From Mobula hypostoma (lineage: Eukaryota), in assembly GCF_963921235.1 (NCBI RefSeq), contig NC_086108.1, positions 57,166,001-57,230,000 on the forward strand: a stretch of 64,000 bases of DNA. Reading direction: 5' to 3'. The notes below the pieces were generated by a model, which saw only the letters and a list, made by a program, of their open reading frames with translations, had not been told where the DNA came from and searched no databases. The position numbers were made by a program, and so were the translations under genes. Below are positions 61,775 through 64,000 of this stretch, in pieces (the first letter of the stretch is position 1; every line of letters starts with the position of its first letter).

Positions 61775-63555
61775 TACACACACTATACAAACTTTATTTA
61801 AAATTAGCATACAAGCAATCTATTACGTCATAGTTAAAATAAAACCTTTCAACACCTAAAATGGATTAATTCTACACAGTTATATCATAAATTATATACA
61901 CCATTGAAAGATTATGGTTTTCACCTTAGTGTCTGTGTCAAAGGACATGCAACATCCCTTTTATTTCAAAATAAAATGGGCCATTATAAGAATTATTTTC
62001 TTCCGAAACATGTTGTGCAATCTATTATTGTAATGTATGCCTGCAATAACTCTCAAGATTTGTGTTTTGAATGCCTTTACTAACGCATGCCAAAGTCAGA
62101 AGTCCTACTTAACACCTCAAAACTGATGCCAGATTTTAAACTAGGTGAGATACACTTTTAAGTATCAAACATGACTTTTAAGTGACTCTCAGGATGGTGA
62201 GGCACTGAACCACACAAGCCAGGATGACCGCAGTTTTTACTAATACACTCATCTCACACAATAACAAAACGGTGCACATGGCTGCCCAACAGAAGAAGGG
62301 AAGGGAATATTAAGGAATATTAAGTTGTCACAATTACTGAATCTGACGATTATGTAGTGACCTTTGCATGGAAAATTGTGCCCAAGAACTGCATTCAGGA
62401 TAGTTATTGGGTGTTGCTCACAAACTGGGTTAATATATTGCAGCAGTGTCACGTAAGTAAAGAATAGTACCAGATATAGGTAATGATCATTTCAACAGTT
62501 CCTCTAGAGACTAGAGGAAAGCCTTACTGTTTCTTACTTCGTACCCCCTCCCCACTCACTGGTCTTCAGTGAAAAATTATGTCTGCTTAATCAGCGTTAC
62601 AATAATTTTCCTTAATTTCAATCCACAAGGTGTGCACTGAAGATCAAACCAGCTGTGAATGGAAGCCCACATGATATATAAAATCATCAAGTCTACTGAG
62701 ATCTTCCAGGCAAAGTTGATACCTTATGTGGATTACCCAAATACATTATGTGTACAACTGGTTTAAGGTTACACCAGTAACTTCAGTCTGCTTGTACACA
62801 AAGTAACCTTTCTACGCAATGGAAGGGTCTCAAATTAAGCAAGCTATTCAGGTTTTCTTCACATTTCTCTTCCACTTTGAGCACTCATGCTTTTAGAATG
62901 ATCTAAAATAAATGCTTGAGTACATGGCTAATACTTCGAACAATTTTTAAACAATCTATATTTAAATGGAGTACTATATGACAGTAATGTTGATCTCTAT
63001 CAGGAGCAGAATCTACAAGTATGTTTTTATTGTAAAATCTAGAACTAAATATGTTACATCAAAGTAGGTCATTAGATGCAAAGCACTTTGGGGCATCCCG
63101 AGGATTTAAGATGCTATATAATTTCAGTTCTTTCTTAATCCCTCACACAATCTGACAATCCCTTGAGCAACTAAAGTTTCTGCCCACACACAGTCGTAAC
63201 ACAACAATACATTAAAGTCACAGAAGGTAATGCTCTGAAAGACAGAAACTACAATGATAGTACTTTGTTTTGACAAGTAAGTGTGCACATGACTGCTTTC
63301 AGAAAAAAAGGAATATTGTCCCATTGTAGAAAAGGCACAGTTCCGGAATCTTCCACAGATTATACAAATTGGAGCAAGATTACTGGATGCAGGAGTTCTC
63401 TCTAACCAGCAACAGGAATTGAAACAGGCTAAATCCCTAAAACATGACTTCAGTTCACACATGACACAGCAGACTTATACCTCCCCTTTTCCAGTGGGGA
63501 ATTGCATGGTTGGACTTTGTTGCTGGTTTGACTTCTCCCAATCCCAGTCCCACTA
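61775..63555 (-). other. wls: Putative wls 3' UTR (~1.8 kb)
   Basis: TE-free AT-rich sequence between the stop codon and the polyA signal. Confidence 0.65.
61793..61798 (-). terminator. wls: Likely wls polyadenylation signal
   Basis: AATAAA on minus strand followed by a GT-rich element (GTATAGTGTGTGTAT); second AATAAA at 61960-61965. Confidence 0.6.
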
Positions 63556-63665
63556 TTACTCCTGTGCCTCCTTGCCAGCCAATCTGTAAATTTCAGTTGG
63601 TCCATCAGCATGGGTGATTGTGGTAGTCAGCTGCAGTTCCTCACCGCCATTCACTCCCAGATCAC
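63556..63665 (-). CDS. wls: Wntless (WLS/GPR177/Evi) last coding exon, phase 1
   Basis: Acceptor TTCTTGCCTTCAG then (G)DLGVNGGEELQLTTTITHADGPTEIYRLAGKEAQE-TAA-TAG, matching the vertebrate WLS C-terminus I recall (GDLGVHSGEELQLTTTITHVDGPTEIYKLTRKEAQE); too short for the ORF track. Confidence 0.95.
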
Positions 63666-64000
63666 CTGAAGGCAAGAACGTCATAGAAAATCAATACAAC
63701 AAACTGGTCTTTATTTTGTTGCTTCTCCTGTCAGGTGGTCATATGCGTTTATGGTTAACAGATGTGCGATTGAGGAAGACTGTGTAGAGATGGCACACTA
63801 CAAAATATTGTGGCATCCCTCGGAATTGAAGGAAAATGGACCTGACTCTTATCTGTGCTCTGGCTTCTTTCAGTGGTTACACCAATGATTTTGTTTTCAA
63901 TAGCATTATTTGTGCTTTATGCTCAAATTTTTATCAAGTCCCAAAAAACATATTTTGCCTGAAGAATTCACAATGTAATTATGCGTAGAACACCAAAAGA

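Noticed and set aside
63124..63462. 112-aa minus-strand ORF
   Set aside because: Lies in the wls 3' UTR, non-ATG-like context unsupported, no domain
63474..63483. Possible splice donor GAG|GTATAA in the wls 3' UTR (minus strand)
   Set aside because: Weak donor consensus and no supporting acceptor

Overview
Eukaryotic, repeat-dense vertebrate genomic DNA, not prokaryotic. The repeat mix (CR1/HER1-like LINEs, V-SINE/HE1-like and Deu-domain SINEs, Rex1/Babar LINEs, Penelope-like elements) suggests a cartilaginous fish, probably a ray; this is inference. The only host coding sequence I recognise is the last coding exon of wntless (wls) on the minus strand (63556-63665), followed by a ~1.8 kb TE-free 3' UTR. 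A CpG-retaining, splice-donor-rich island at ~8.2-8.8 kb may be the promoter/first non-coding exon of the next gene (gng12 by known vertebrate synteny; unproven). Most long ORFs in the track belong to transposons: CR1, Penelope (RT + GIY-YIG), R2-group Hero, L1, Rex1/Babar and two Ty3/Gypsy relics. Best leads: (1) Penelope copies with minimal hammerhead ribozymes, a fixed 3' end ~67 nt past the cleavage site and 9-11 bp target duplications; (2) a 39-bp satellite array fused to a CR1 3' end and apparently inserted as one unit; (3) a minisatellite with a higher-order repeat born inside a hAT MITE; (4) a nested multi-helix RNA structure at the Hero 3' end; (5) a gag-only Sushi-like LTR element. 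Family names come from recognised motifs, not database searches, and boundaries without a TSD are approximate.
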